64,000 nt of DNA from an uncultured Erysipelotrichaceae bacterium (GCA_902800355.1 CADCEE010000003.1:662-64661); one strand, 5' to 3'. Counted from the first letter of the stretch, positions 38,339 to 47,014 are shown. Translations and numbers: made by a program. The notes: generated by a model not told the origin, from the sequence alone.

Positions 38339-40119
38339 GTAAATTAATGAAAAAAGCTAGTTCTAACAAACTTGGTAGCCTAGTTAAAGCATTCCGTAAA
38401 TACTATGTTCCTTTTGTTATCTCCATTGTCTTACTTATTGCTTCAGTTGTTCTTACTATTCTTACTCCAGGCACAATTAGAGAATTAACTAACGCGATTA
38501 ATCCAAAAGACAAGCAAATAGTTGATGGCCTTGTTGTTTTAGATTTAGCGAATGTGTTAAAGTTAGCCATTCAATTAGTGATTTATATCTCTTTATCCTT
38601 TATCACTGGTTTTATCTCTGGATATATTCTTAACACGATTATTCAAAAGTTCTCTAAAGATTTAAGAAGAGACATCGCCGCTAAAATCAATAAGATGCCT
38701 CTTAATTATTTCGACACCACTCAATTTGGTGACATCTTATCCGTTATTACTAACGACGTTGATACCTTATCAACTTCATTACAAAACTCTATTTCATTAC
38801 TTGTTAACTCAGTAGTAATGTTAGTTGGTGTTATTATTGCAATGTTTATTGCAAGTTGGCAAATGGCCCTTGTCGTCCTCTGCTCATTACCAATCATGTT
38901 AATTATTATCCTATTAACATTTAAGAAGGCTTTACCATTATTCAATGAGAACCAAAAGGTTCTTGGCGAAGTTAACGCGACAGTTGAAGAAAACTATTCT
39001 GGTCAACTTGTTATCAAAGCCTTTAACGCTGAAAAACTTAAGATTTCTGAATTCAAGAAGAAAAACGATTTACTTGGCTCAATCTTATATAGATCCCAAG
39101 CTTGGGGTGGATTAATTGAACCTGCTATGCAATTTGTTTCTTATTTAACTTATGCAGCAGTCTTAATTACCGCTGGCTTATTAATTGCTAAAGATCCAGT
39201 GAAATTTGATATGGGTATTATTACTGGCTTTATCGTTTATGTTTCTTTATTCCAAGAACCACTCGCTCAAATTGGTCAAGCCAGCTCAACCATTCAACTT
39301 GGTACTGCGGCTTGTAACCGTGTCTTTGATTTCTTAGAAAAAGAAGAATTACCTGTTGAAGAACAAAAAGAATTCTTACTTGATCACTCTAAAATTAGAG
39401 GAGAAGTGGAATTCAAAGATGTGTGCTTTGGTTATGATCCAAATAAACTCACTATTAAACATTTCTCTGGTAAGATTAAACCAGGTATGAAAGTAGCGAT
39501 TATTGGTCCTACTGGTGCTGGTAAAACCACTTTAGTTAACTTATTAATGAGATTCTATGAATTAACTAGTGGAGATATTTTAGTTGATGGAGTATCCATC
39601 AAAGATATGACTAGAGCAGAGTTACGTGATATCTTCGGTATGATCTTACAAGAAACATGGGTTATTAATGGCTCCTTAAGAGAAAATATTGTCTATAACC
39701 TTAAGAATGTTGATGAGAATAGACTTAATGAAATCTTAGAAGAGACTAACTTATCTCACTTTGTGAGCACTCTCCCACAAGGTATAGACACGGTCATTCA
39801 AAAGGAAAGCGCTTTATCCGCTGGTCAAAAACAATTAGTAACTATCGCTAGAGCAATGACAGAAAACGCTCCAATGCTTATTCTAGATGAAGCAACTAGT
39901 AACGTTGATACTAGAACCGAAATCTTAATTCAAAAGGCGATGGATTCTCTTACTAAAGGTAGAACTAGCTTTGTTATCGCTCATAGATTATCCACCATTA
40001 AAAACGCTGATTTAATCTTCGTTATGAAAGATGGTAATATCGTTGAGACTGGTAACCATGATTCCTTAATGAAGCTTGGTGGATTATACTCTGAAATCTA
40101 TAATTCACAATTCAATTAA
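38335..40119 (+). CDS. ABC exporter, fused permease/ATPase subunit 2
   Basis: GPTGAGKTT, LSAGQKQL, MLILDEATS. Overlaps the upstream partner by 4 nt. Confidence 0.9.
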   Translation: MSKLMKKASSNKLGSLVKAFRKYYVPFVISIVLLIASVVLTILTPGTIRELTNAINPKDKQIVDGLVVLDLANVLKLAIQLVIYISLSFITGFISGYILNTIIQKFSKDLRRDIAAKINKMPLNYFDTTQFGDILSVITNDVDTLSTSLQNSISLLVNSVVMLVGVIIAMFIASWQMALVVLCSLPIMLIIILLTFKKALPLFNENQKVLGEVNATVEENYSGQLVIKAFNAEKLKISEFKKKNDLLGSILYRSQAWGGLIEPAMQFVSYLTYAAVLITAGLLIAKDPVKFDMGIITGFIVYVSLFQEPLAQIGQASSTIQLGTAACNRVFDFLEKEELPVEEQKEFLLDHSKIRGEVEFKDVCFGYDPNKLTIKHFSGKIKPGMKVAIIGPTGAGKTTLVNLLMRFYELTSGDILVDGVSIKDMTRAELRDIFGMILQETWVINGSLRENIVYNLKNVDENRLNEILEETNLSHFVSTLPQGIDTVIQKESALSAGQKQLVTIARAMTENAPMLILDEATSNVDTRTEILIQKAMDSLTKGRTSFVIAHRLSTIKNADLIFVMKDGNIVETGNHDSLMKLGGLYSEIYNSQFN

Positions 40120-40141
40120 GTTATAACTTAATAGATTTAAG

Positions 40142-40171
40142 GCCTAGAAACATTAGTTTCTGGGCTTTTTT
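40142..40171 (+). terminator. intrinsic terminator after the ABC operon
   Basis: gcctagaaac/gtttctgggc 10-bp stem, loop atta, T6. Confidence 0.8.
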
Positions 40172-40193
40172 CTTGTTATACGATAAAAAATAT

Positions 40194-40223
40194 TTGCTTT
40201 TATTAATAATAACTATATATAAT
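40194..40223 (+). promoter_or_regulatory. promoter of the tRNA-Val/tRNA-Gly pair
   Basis: TTGCTT (40194-40199), 18-nt spacer, TATAAT (40218-40223). Confidence 0.45.
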
Positions 40224-40255
40224 ATGTATCGCTGCTTATATAGAAGCAGTGGGTT

Positions 40256-40331
40256 GGGTATTTAGCTCAGCTGGGAGAGCATCTGTTTGACGTACAGAAG
40301 GTCGGCGGTTCGATCCCGTCAGTACCCACCA
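40256..40331 (+). tRNA. tRNA-Val (anticodon GAC)
   Basis: Acceptor GGGTATT/AGTACCC, anticodon loop TTGACGT, T-loop TTCGATC, CCA. Confidence 0.88.
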
Positions 40332-40378
40332 AAATTATGAAAATTCCCCCAAGCGATTGAGGGATTTTTAATAGATAC

Positions 40379-40452
40379 GCACCTGTGATTCAATGGTAGA
40401 ATGTTAGCTTCCCAAGCTGAACACGCGGGTCCGATTCCCGTCAGGTGCTCCA
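40379..40452 (+). tRNA. tRNA-Gly (anticodon CCC) with non-canonical T-loop TCCGATT
   Basis: Acceptor GCACCTG/CAGGTGC, anticodon loop TTCCCAA, T-arm GCGGG TCCGATT CCCGT, discriminator T, CCA. Confidence 0.8.
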
Positions 40453-40463
40453 TTATTAAAAAT

Positions 40464-40488
40464 GGCAGTTAACAAAAACTGCCTTTTT
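40464..40488 (+). terminator. intrinsic terminator after tRNA-Gly(CCC)
   Basis: ggcagtt/aactgcc stem, loop aacaaa, T5. Confidence 0.7.
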
Positions 40489-40508
40489 ATTTAAAATAAA
40501 AATAGTCT

Positions 40509-40967
40509 ATGAAAAAGAATAAAGAAACAGTCCTAGCTTATATAGAAAGAGATGACTCATTTTTAATGCTTTTAAGAAACAAAAAGAAGCATGATATTAA
40601 CGCGAATAAATGGATAGGTGTAGGAGGTCATTTAGAAAAAGAAGAAACTCCTATAGATGCTTTATTTAGAGAAATCAAAGAAGAAACAGGATTAGATGTA
40701 ATTTCTTATAGTAAAAAGGGATTAATTCATTTTAATTATGACGATATATCTGAATTAATGCATTTATACGTTGTTAGCGACTTTAAAGGTAATCTAATTG
40801 AGTGCGATGAAGGTACATTGAGTTGGATTAAAAAAAGTGATTTATTCTCCTTAGAATTATGGGAAGGAGATAAGATCTTCCTTAAGAAGTTAATTAATAA
40901 CGAACCATATTTTGAATTAGAATTAAATTATCTTAAAGATAAATTAATATCATATAGATTTATATAG
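40509..40967 (+). CDS. NUDIX hydrolase (MutT-like)
   Basis: Nudix box GVGGHLEKEETPIDALFREIKEETGL. Confidence 0.82.
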   Translation: MKKNKETVLAYIERDDSFLMLLRNKKKHDINANKWIGVGGHLEKEETPIDALFREIKEETGLDVISYSKKGLIHFNYDDISELMHLYVVSDFKGNLIECDEGTLSWIKKSDLFSLELWEGDKIFLKKLINNEPYFELELNYLKDKLISYRFI

Positions 40968-40990
40968 TAAAAAGTTGGACAATCAGAGAA

Positions 40991-41045
40991 ATATGAATGA
41001 TTGTTCATTTTTATTGTTGCAAATATGAATAGATGTTCATATAAT
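40991..41045 (+). promoter_or_regulatory. ArsR/SmtB-type operators plus promoter of the arsR-ATPase operon
   Basis: Dyads ATATGAAtgattgTTCAT (40991-41008) and ATATGAAtagatgTTCATAT (41023-41042). The second dyad fills the 17-nt spacer between TTGCAA (41017-41022) and TATAAT (41040-41045). Confidence 0.65.
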
Positions 41046-41064
41046 ATACTCGAGGTAAGTAATT

Positions 41065-41403
41065 ATGTATATCAACGAACATGTAATAAATAAGATGCAA
41101 GATACCTTAAAGCTAGCAGGAGATGCGACTAGACTTAAGATTCTATTTTGTCTATTAGATGAATTAGATACTTCTAGTAGTGATCCTCATCATTTGATTG
41201 AAAAATGCGTTAATGATATTGCTTTACAAATTGGATGTAGTCAGTCTTTAGTGTCCCATCAATTAAAAGATTTAAAAGATGGTGATTTTGTTAAATCTAG
41301 AAAAGAAGGCACCAAAATTTATTATTCATTAAAAGATGAACATGTTAAGCAAATCATGCAAATTACTTATGAGCATGTTTTAGAAGGAGAACATCATGAT
41401 TAA
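41065..41403 (+). CDS. ArsR/SmtB family metal-responsive repressor
   Basis: wHTH region LAGDATRLKILFCLL ... IGCSQSLVSHQLKDLKDGDFV. Overlaps the ATPase gene by 8 nt. Confidence 0.85.
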   Translation: MYINEHVINKMQDTLKLAGDATRLKILFCLLDELDTSSSDPHHLIEKCVNDIALQIGCSQSLVSHQLKDLKDGDFVKSRKEGTKIYYSLKDEHVKQIMQITYEHVLEGEHHD

Positions 41404-43531
41404 GAAGAGTTATCATATCACTGGTTTTGATTGCGCGCACTGCGCTCTTAAAAGTGAAAAACATTTAAATAAACATCCTGCCATTAATAATGCAGTAATC
41501 GATTTTGCTAAAGACAAATTATTTATTGAATATAAAGATAAAGAATTAACTATTGATGATATTTTAAAATCAATCGCAGAAGTTGAATCTGATCCAATTG
41601 AAATTGAAGATGCTTCTAAACAAAAAAAGAGATACAAAATCTTTAATAAAGATTTCTGGTATACATTAGCTAGAGTTATTATTGGTGTCACTATTATCTT
41701 AGTGTGCTCGATTGCTTTAACTCATGAACAATTCTATCTTCAATTAGGACTATACGCTTTTGGAATTGTTTTATTAACTTATGATGTTACTTGGAAAGTA
41801 ATTCTTCATATTATTCATAAAGAAAATCCAATTGATGAATCTCTTTTAATTACTTTATGTACGTTAGGTGCCTTTATTGTGGCAATTATCGCTCATGAAT
41901 CTCATTTCTTTATGGAAGCTTTAATGGTGGTGACTTTATATCAAGTTGGCAAGATTATTGAAGGGATTGCCACTAATAAATCTAAAGAGGCTGTCGCTAG
42001 AGCGGTCAATTTAAGAATTGAACACGCAGCTAGATTAGTTAATGGTGAAATTCAAGAAGTCTCTCCAGATATGCTCAATGTAAATGATGTGGTTGTAGTG
42101 ACTGCTGGAGAATATATTCCTGTTGATGCTGTGGTTATTTCTGGAGAAGGTCAAGTTGATACTTCTAGTTTAACTGGAGAATTTGTTCCGGTATCAGCAA
42201 AAGAAGATATGGAATTATATTCTGGATATTTATTAAAAGAAGGAACTTTAAATTTAAGAGTTATTAGAACTTATCAGAATTCTGCGGTTAGTAAGATTAT
42301 TGATTTAATTTCTAATAGCGGGGCTAAAAAATCTAAGGCTGATGAATTTGTTTCTAGATTTGCTAAATGGTACACCCCAATTGTCTTTATTGTTTCTTTA
42401 CTTGTTGCAGTTATTGGAGGAGCAATTACCAATAACTGGAAAGACTGGATTATCTTAGGGCTTAAGATGATGGTAGTAGCATGTCCTTGTGCAATTGTTA
42501 TTTCCGTTCCACTTGCTTATTTTGCCGCCTTAGGATTAGCGAGTAAAAACGGTATTGTCTTTAAAGGCACTAACTATATTGATGAGCTTAATCGTATGGA
42601 AAAACTAGTGACTGATAAGACTGGTACTTTAACTAAAGGCGTCTTTGAAATAAGCAAAATTGTTCCTATCGGAGTTAAAGAGGATTTCTTACTTGATGTG
42701 ATGTCTAGTGTTGAATCTTTAAGTAACCATCCTATTGGAAAAACTATAGCAAAATTAAGAAAAAGCTCAGTTTTGAGCGAAAATTTTGAAGAATTAGCAG
42801 GTTTAGGGGTATGCGCTACTTATAACGGCGATATGGTCTTAATTGGTAATTCTAAGCTTTTAAAAGAATATGAAATTAACTTTGAAGAAGTTGATGAAAA
42901 CGGCGTAGTTGTATACTGCGTTTATGATGGTAAATACATTGGATATTTAGTGATATCTGATGAGGTTAGAGAGAGCAGTAAAGAGTTAGTTTCATCACTT
43001 CAAAATAGTGGAGTGGATGTTGTTCTACTTACTGGAGATAAAGAACATAATACACAAAAATTATGTAATGAATTAGGAATTAAAAAATATTATTCTTCTT
43101 TACTCCCAGATCAAAAGATTGAATGTTTAGAAAAAGAACTTTCTAATAAATACGCGACTGGTTTTATTGGGGATGGTATCAATGATGCTGCCTCCATCAA
43201 AAGAGCGGATATTGGCTTTGCAATGGGTGCAATTGGTAGTGACGCTGCGATTGAAAGTGCTGATGTTGTGATCATGAATGATGAACCAATGAAAGTTTAT
43301 GACTCTATTAGAATTGCTAAGATTGCTAGACATACATCAGTATTTAATATTATCTTTGCGTTAAGTGTAAAAATTGGAGTAGAGTTAGCGGCAATTATTA
43401 CTAGCTTATTAGGAAAGGGCGAACTTATTCCAATGTGGTTAGCGGTATTAGCAGACACTGGATTAACTGTATTAATGGTCATTAATTCTTTATTAATCTT
43501 ATATAGAAAAATTAAACGTAAAAGTGTTTAA
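41396..43531 (+). CDS. cadA: heavy-metal translocating P1B-type ATPase (Cd/Zn/Co-type)
   Basis: N-terminal HMA domain with GFDCAHC, TM CPC motif (VVACPCAIV), DKTGTLT, GDGINDA. Confidence 0.9.
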   Translation: MIKKSYHITGFDCAHCALKSEKHLNKHPAINNAVIDFAKDKLFIEYKDKELTIDDILKSIAEVESDPIEIEDASKQKKRYKIFNKDFWYTLARVIIGVTIILVCSIALTHEQFYLQLGLYAFGIVLLTYDVTWKVILHIIHKENPIDESLLITLCTLGAFIVAIIAHESHFFMEALMVVTLYQVGKIIEGIATNKSKEAVARAVNLRIEHAARLVNGEIQEVSPDMLNVNDVVVVTAGEYIPVDAVVISGEGQVDTSSLTGEFVPVSAKEDMELYSGYLLKEGTLNLRVIRTYQNSAVSKIIDLISNSGAKKSKADEFVSRFAKWYTPIVFIVSLLVAVIGGAITNNWKDWIILGLKMMVVACPCAIVISVPLAYFAALGLASKNGIVFKGTNYIDELNRMEKLVTDKTGTLTKGVFEISKIVPIGVKEDFLLDVMSSVESLSNHPIGKTIAKLRKSSVLSENFEELAGLGVCATYNGDMVLIGNSKLLKEYEINFEEVDENGVVVYCVYDGKYIGYLVISDEVRESSKELVSSLQNSGVDVVLLTGDKEHNTQKLCNELGIKKYYSSLLPDQKIECLEKELSNKYATGFIGDGINDAASIKRADIGFAMGAIGSDAAIESADVVIMNDEPMKVYDSIRIAKIARHTSVFNIIFALSVKIGVELAAIITSLLGKGELIPMWLAVLADTGLTVLMVINSLLILYRKIKRKSV

Positions 43532-43542
43532 TATAGTGGAAT

Positions 43543-43619
43543 GCGCCATTAACTCAACTGGATAGAGTGTCAGACTTCGAATCTGGAAGTTGAGGGTTCG
43601 AGTCCTTCATGGCGCGCCA
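43543..43619 (+). tRNA. tRNA-Arg (anticodon TCG)
   Basis: Acceptor GCGCCAT/ATGGCGC, anticodon loop CTTCGAA, T-loop TTCGAGT, CCA. Confidence 0.88.
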
Positions 43620-43632
43620 CAATATTTGATTA

Positions 43633-43658
43633 GGCCACATAAAAGTGTGGTCTTTTTT
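43633..43658 (+). terminator. intrinsic terminator after tRNA-Arg
   Basis: ggccacat/gtgtggtc stem (two G-U), loop aaaa, T6. Confidence 0.65.
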
Positions 43659-43671
43659 AATTTTTTTAAAA

Positions 43672-43733
43672 TTTTTTCGCAAATTTTTGAAAATTACCAC
43701 TCTTATATATATGAGAGGTATTTTTATGAATTC
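43672..43733 (+). repeat. 62-nt promoter/RBS/start-codon cassette, copy B (drives the DUF1016 pseudogene)
   Basis: Matches 14130-14191 at 49 of 62 ungapped positions. Contains AAATTTTTGAAAATT (43681-43695). Confidence 0.7.
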
Positions 43734-44148
43734 AATTATCGACACTAAGTTCTTAAGCGAAATTAAGGAACTGGTTAACTCTGCCAAACAAAGAGTAGTA
43801 ACTTCAATCAACATCGCTATGGTTTATACCTATTATGAGATTGGAAGACGAATAGTGAAACAAGAATAGAAAGGGAATAATCGGGCTAAATATGGCAAAG
43901 ATCTTTTGAATAAATTGTCTTTTGAATTAACAAAAGAGTTTGGGACAGGTTATTCATTGACCAATTTAAAATTAATTAGAAAGTTCCATTTACTTTATAG
44001 CAATAAAAAAAGTCAACCACTGGTTGACCATTCTAAATTCTTGAATTTTAAAAATTATCCACTTACAAACGATAGACATCGATTCCTTCCAAATTTGGGT
44101 CTAAAAAGAAACGATGGAAATTTTCGCGAAAAGATAAAAAGAAAATGA
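43726..44148 (+). pseudogene. remnant of a DUF1016/YhcG-family PD-(D/E)XK nuclease gene (N-terminal part only, in-frame TAG)
   Basis: MNSIIDTKF...VYTYYEIGRRIVKQE-TAG-KGNNRAKYGKDLLNKLSFELTKEFGTGYSLTNLKLIRKF matches the YhcG N-terminal domain and resembles the intact paralog at 55950-56960. ORFs 43645-43869 and 43906-44148 share one frame, split by the TAG at 43867. The nuclease domain is absent. Confidence 0.65.
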
Positions 44149-44165
44149 AAATAATCAGAAAAAAA

Positions 44166-44217
44166 TTTAAATAAAAAAGAACGGCGACCCGAAACCTAAT
44201 TCGTACATAGCCGTTCT
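44166..44217 (-). terminator. candidate terminator for deoD (minus strand)
   Basis: agaacggc/gccgttct 8-bp stem (44178-44217). On the minus strand it is followed by ttttttatttaaattttt. Confidence 0.5.
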
Positions 44218-44284
44218 TCTATTAATAAAGTAGCATAGCTTATTGTTGTTATCAATGTTAATTATAATTTTTGAAATACAAAGT

Positions 44285-45004
44285 TTAGCAATAATGTTCA
44301 GCAGTCGCTATAGCGAGTTCAATCATTCTTGCTAAGCCAAAGGCTCTTTCTTCGGATGTGAGCTTTTCATCATGATTAATGAAGCTGTCTGTGACTGTTA
44401 ATAAGCATAATGCTCTTTTACCAAATCTAGCGGCGTTAGCGTATAAGGCATAAGATTCCATCTCCACACCCATCACGCCTAAGGCAGCCCATCTTTTCCA
44501 GATTTCTGGATCGTAATCATAGAAGACATCAGCAGCGAAGATATTTCCTCCGTGATATGGAATATTAGCTTTTTTTGCTTCTTCATAAGCGGTGACCATT
44601 AAATCAAAGTCTGCAACTGCAGAATATGTTCCATTTAATTTAAATTGACTCATCCAGTTACTATCAGTACAAGCTCCAGAACAAATTAATACATCTTTTA
44701 AACTGATGTTTGGTTGATATGTTCCACATGTACCTACTCTAATAATGATTTCTACTCCATAACTCATAAAGAGTTCACTAGAATAAATACCAATAGAAGG
44801 CATACCCATTCCTGAGGCCATAACTGATAATTTTTTATTATTTTTAGTGTATCCGGTATATCCTAAGATACCTCTAACATTTGTTACTTCTTTATAATCG
44901 TGTAAATAAGTTTCAGCGATCCACTTTGCTCTAATTGGATCTCCAGGCATTAAAACAACCTTAGCGAAATCGCCTTTTTCAGCATTTATATGAGGTGTTC
45001 CCAT
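44285..45004 (-). CDS. deoD: purine nucleoside phosphorylase DeoD-type
   Basis: MGTPHINAEKGDFAKVVLMPGDPIRAKWIAE, GMGMPSIGIYS, VEMES. Confidence 0.93.
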   Translation of the reverse strand: MGTPHINAEKGDFAKVVLMPGDPIRAKWIAETYLHDYKEVTNVRGILGYTGYTKNNKKLSVMASGMGMPSIGIYSSELFMSYGVEIIIRVGTCGTYQPNISLKDVLICSGACTDSNWMSQFKLNGTYSAVADFDLMVTAYEEAKKANIPYHGGNIFAADVFYDYDPEIWKRWAALGVMGVEMESYALYANAARFGKRALCLLTVTDSFINHDEKLTSEERAFGLARMIELAIATAEHYC

Positions 45005-45106
45005 ACTATATCTCCTTTATTTGCACATCTATTGTACAACAATAACTAGTTATCACCAAACTTTTTCTATATTGAAGTTTAAATAGATAATCAGTAAACT
45101 GATTTT

Positions 45107-45514
45107 ATGAAAAAAGTTAGAAATGCCTATGTATTAGAAACTAGTGATTTAAAAATCCTAGAGACAGTGTCTTTACTAAATAAAGATAACTATTATCCTC
45201 TACCAGAAGGAGTTTATAAAATCCTTTCTGGAATAGATGATGAAGAAACTAAAAATTTTAGTGAACTATTAACATATAAGACATTAATATCTTATAACTC
45301 GAAAAAAGTATCACGTTTAATAGTGATGCTTATTAGATATCACTATTTAGAAAGAGTTTATGATCCTAGTAGCGATAAACTCTATTTAAAAGTTGCTCCA
45401 AAAGGAGAAACTGAATTAGTGAAATATCATAAAATACATAAATATAAATTTGCAAAAAAAGAGGTTAACTTTGAGCCGACAATTGTGAAACTCGATTTGA
45501 CTAAAATTAAGTAA
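45107..45514 (+). CDS. hypothetical protein, possibly an RQC-like winged-helix domain
   Basis: 135 aa. The pattern GVYKILSGIDDEE...ISYNSKKVSRLIVMLIRYHYLERV...LKVAPKGE resembles RecQ C-terminal/HTH_40-type domains. Weak, from memory. Confidence 0.3.
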   Translation: MKKVRNAYVLETSDLKILETVSLLNKDNYYPLPEGVYKILSGIDDEETKNFSELLTYKTLISYNSKKVSRLIVMLIRYHYLERVYDPSSDKLYLKVAPKGETELVKYHKIHKYKFAKKEVNFEPTIVKLDLTKIK

Positions 45515-45575
45515 TAAATTGATAGTCTAGTCCAATAATTGTAAAATTATTAAGCTGACTATAGGAGGATAGAAT

Positions 45576-46352
45576 ATGTTATTTGCTTGGGATACGATGC
45601 ACATTGCACAATTTATAATTTCGTTATTTGTCATTATTGGAATGTATGGATTCCTATTTTTGATGTATAGCAAGATTGTTAAACGTCTTGCTGGATATTT
45701 ATTTGTTTCTATCTCCTTTGTTGTTGTTTTATTAACATTTATCTTCAACCTTACCTATGTCTTTGTTGCTTGTGTTGGTTTATCTTCTGTTGGAGTCACT
45801 ATCTCTTTGTTTACCAACTTAGGAGACTTAAGACAATTCTTAGCTAATCCATTTAAAGGTAGTAGAGTGAAATCTGGTAAGATGGAAGTTGAGAAGATTT
45901 ATAATAGAGAGTTATTATATAAAACCATTGAAAAAGCGGTCATTAATTTAAGCAAAACTAGAACTGGTGCGATTATGACTTTTGAAAAGAATACTTCTTT
46001 ACAAGATGTCATTAAAAATGGTGTCGCTGTTAGAGCACCGGTATCTGCGGAATTGTTAGTGACCATCTTCTATCCAGGAACTCGTTTACACGATGGAGCG
46101 GTTGTCATCCACGGTAATGAAATTGTCGCTGCTAGTGTTTTCTATACCCCAACTACTAAGCCATTTGCTGGTAAATATGGTAGCCGTCATAGAGCCGCTT
46201 TAGGTATCTCAGAAATCTCTGATAGTGTGACTGTTGTTGTTTCTGAAGAAACCGGAAGAATTTCTTTTGCGGTCAACGGGCAACTTGATCCAGTCGACCA
46301 AGAATCCTTCTTAAGAGTGTTTGAAAACTACATGGATGGAGTGGCTCAATAA
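45576..46352 (+). CDS. cdaA: diadenylate cyclase CdaA
   Basis: Three N-terminal TM helices, then a DAC domain with TGAIMTFE, RLHDGAVVI, GSRHRAALGISE, VVVSEETG. taggagg RBS. Confidence 0.9.
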   Translation: MLFAWDTMHIAQFIISLFVIIGMYGFLFLMYSKIVKRLAGYLFVSISFVVVLLTFIFNLTYVFVACVGLSSVGVTISLFTNLGDLRQFLANPFKGSRVKSGKMEVEKIYNRELLYKTIEKAVINLSKTRTGAIMTFEKNTSLQDVIKNGVAVRAPVSAELLVTIFYPGTRLHDGAVVIHGNEIVAASVFYTPTTKPFAGKYGSRHRAALGISEISDSVTVVVSEETGRISFAVNGQLDPVDQESFLRVFENYMDGVAQ

Positions 46353-46363
46353 TAGGTTAATAA

Positions 46364-46972
46364 ATGGATTCCAAACAAGTTTACGATTTTATACTCAAAG
46401 TTCAATCTATTAGCAAGATTGGACTTGTTTATTCTAAAGACCCTTATGCGTTAACTAATTACAAAGAGTTAAACGATTTAAGCACAAAATTTTTAGAAGA
46501 TTTTTTAGAAGTCAAATTTGACCGCCCTAATTATTTCCAAAGGGATATCTACCCGACACCAAATGTTTCTGTGAGGACTATCATCTTTAACGAAGACAAA
46601 TCTAAGGTCTTAATGGTTAGAGAAGCCGCTTTACATGCATATTCTCTTCCTGGGGGCTGGGCGGATTTATATGATTCACCTTCTCAAACTGCAAAAAATG
46701 AATGTAAACAAGAAGCAGGAGCGGAAATAGAAATTGTTAGACTTGTTGGTCTAACTAGTAGAACTCCATTTAAAGCTCCAACTTCTATTCCAGAATATGT
46801 TGCAATATTTGAGGCTAAATTAACCAAGTTAAATAAAGAACATGAATATGAGACTGATGATGTCGGATTCTTCGATATTGATAATCTTCCAGAGATATCA
46901 AAAAAGACATCTAAAGGTGAGTTATTAAGGTTTATTAAGGCCGCGAAAAACGGAGAAACAATATTTGATTAA
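46364..46972 (+). CDS. NUDIX hydrolase with Nudix N-terminal domain (ADP-ribose pyrophosphatase-like)
   Basis: N-terminal KVQSISKIGLVYSKDPYALTNYKEL domain. Nudix region LPGGWADLYDSPSQTAKNECKQEAG. Confidence 0.75.
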   Translation: MDSKQVYDFILKVQSISKIGLVYSKDPYALTNYKELNDLSTKFLEDFLEVKFDRPNYFQRDIYPTPNVSVRTIIFNEDKSKVLMVREAALHAYSLPGGWADLYDSPSQTAKNECKQEAGAEIEIVRLVGLTSRTPFKAPTSIPEYVAIFEAKLTKLNKEHEYETDDVGFFDIDNLPEISKKTSKGELLRFIKAAKNGETIFD

Positions 46973-47014
46973 AATGACCTTTAAATAATGGTCATTTTTT
47001 GTTAATATACAGGC

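Noticed and set aside
43554-43814. 86-aa minus-strand ORF
   Set aside because: It runs through tRNA-Arg and its terminator. It is an artefact of ORF calling.
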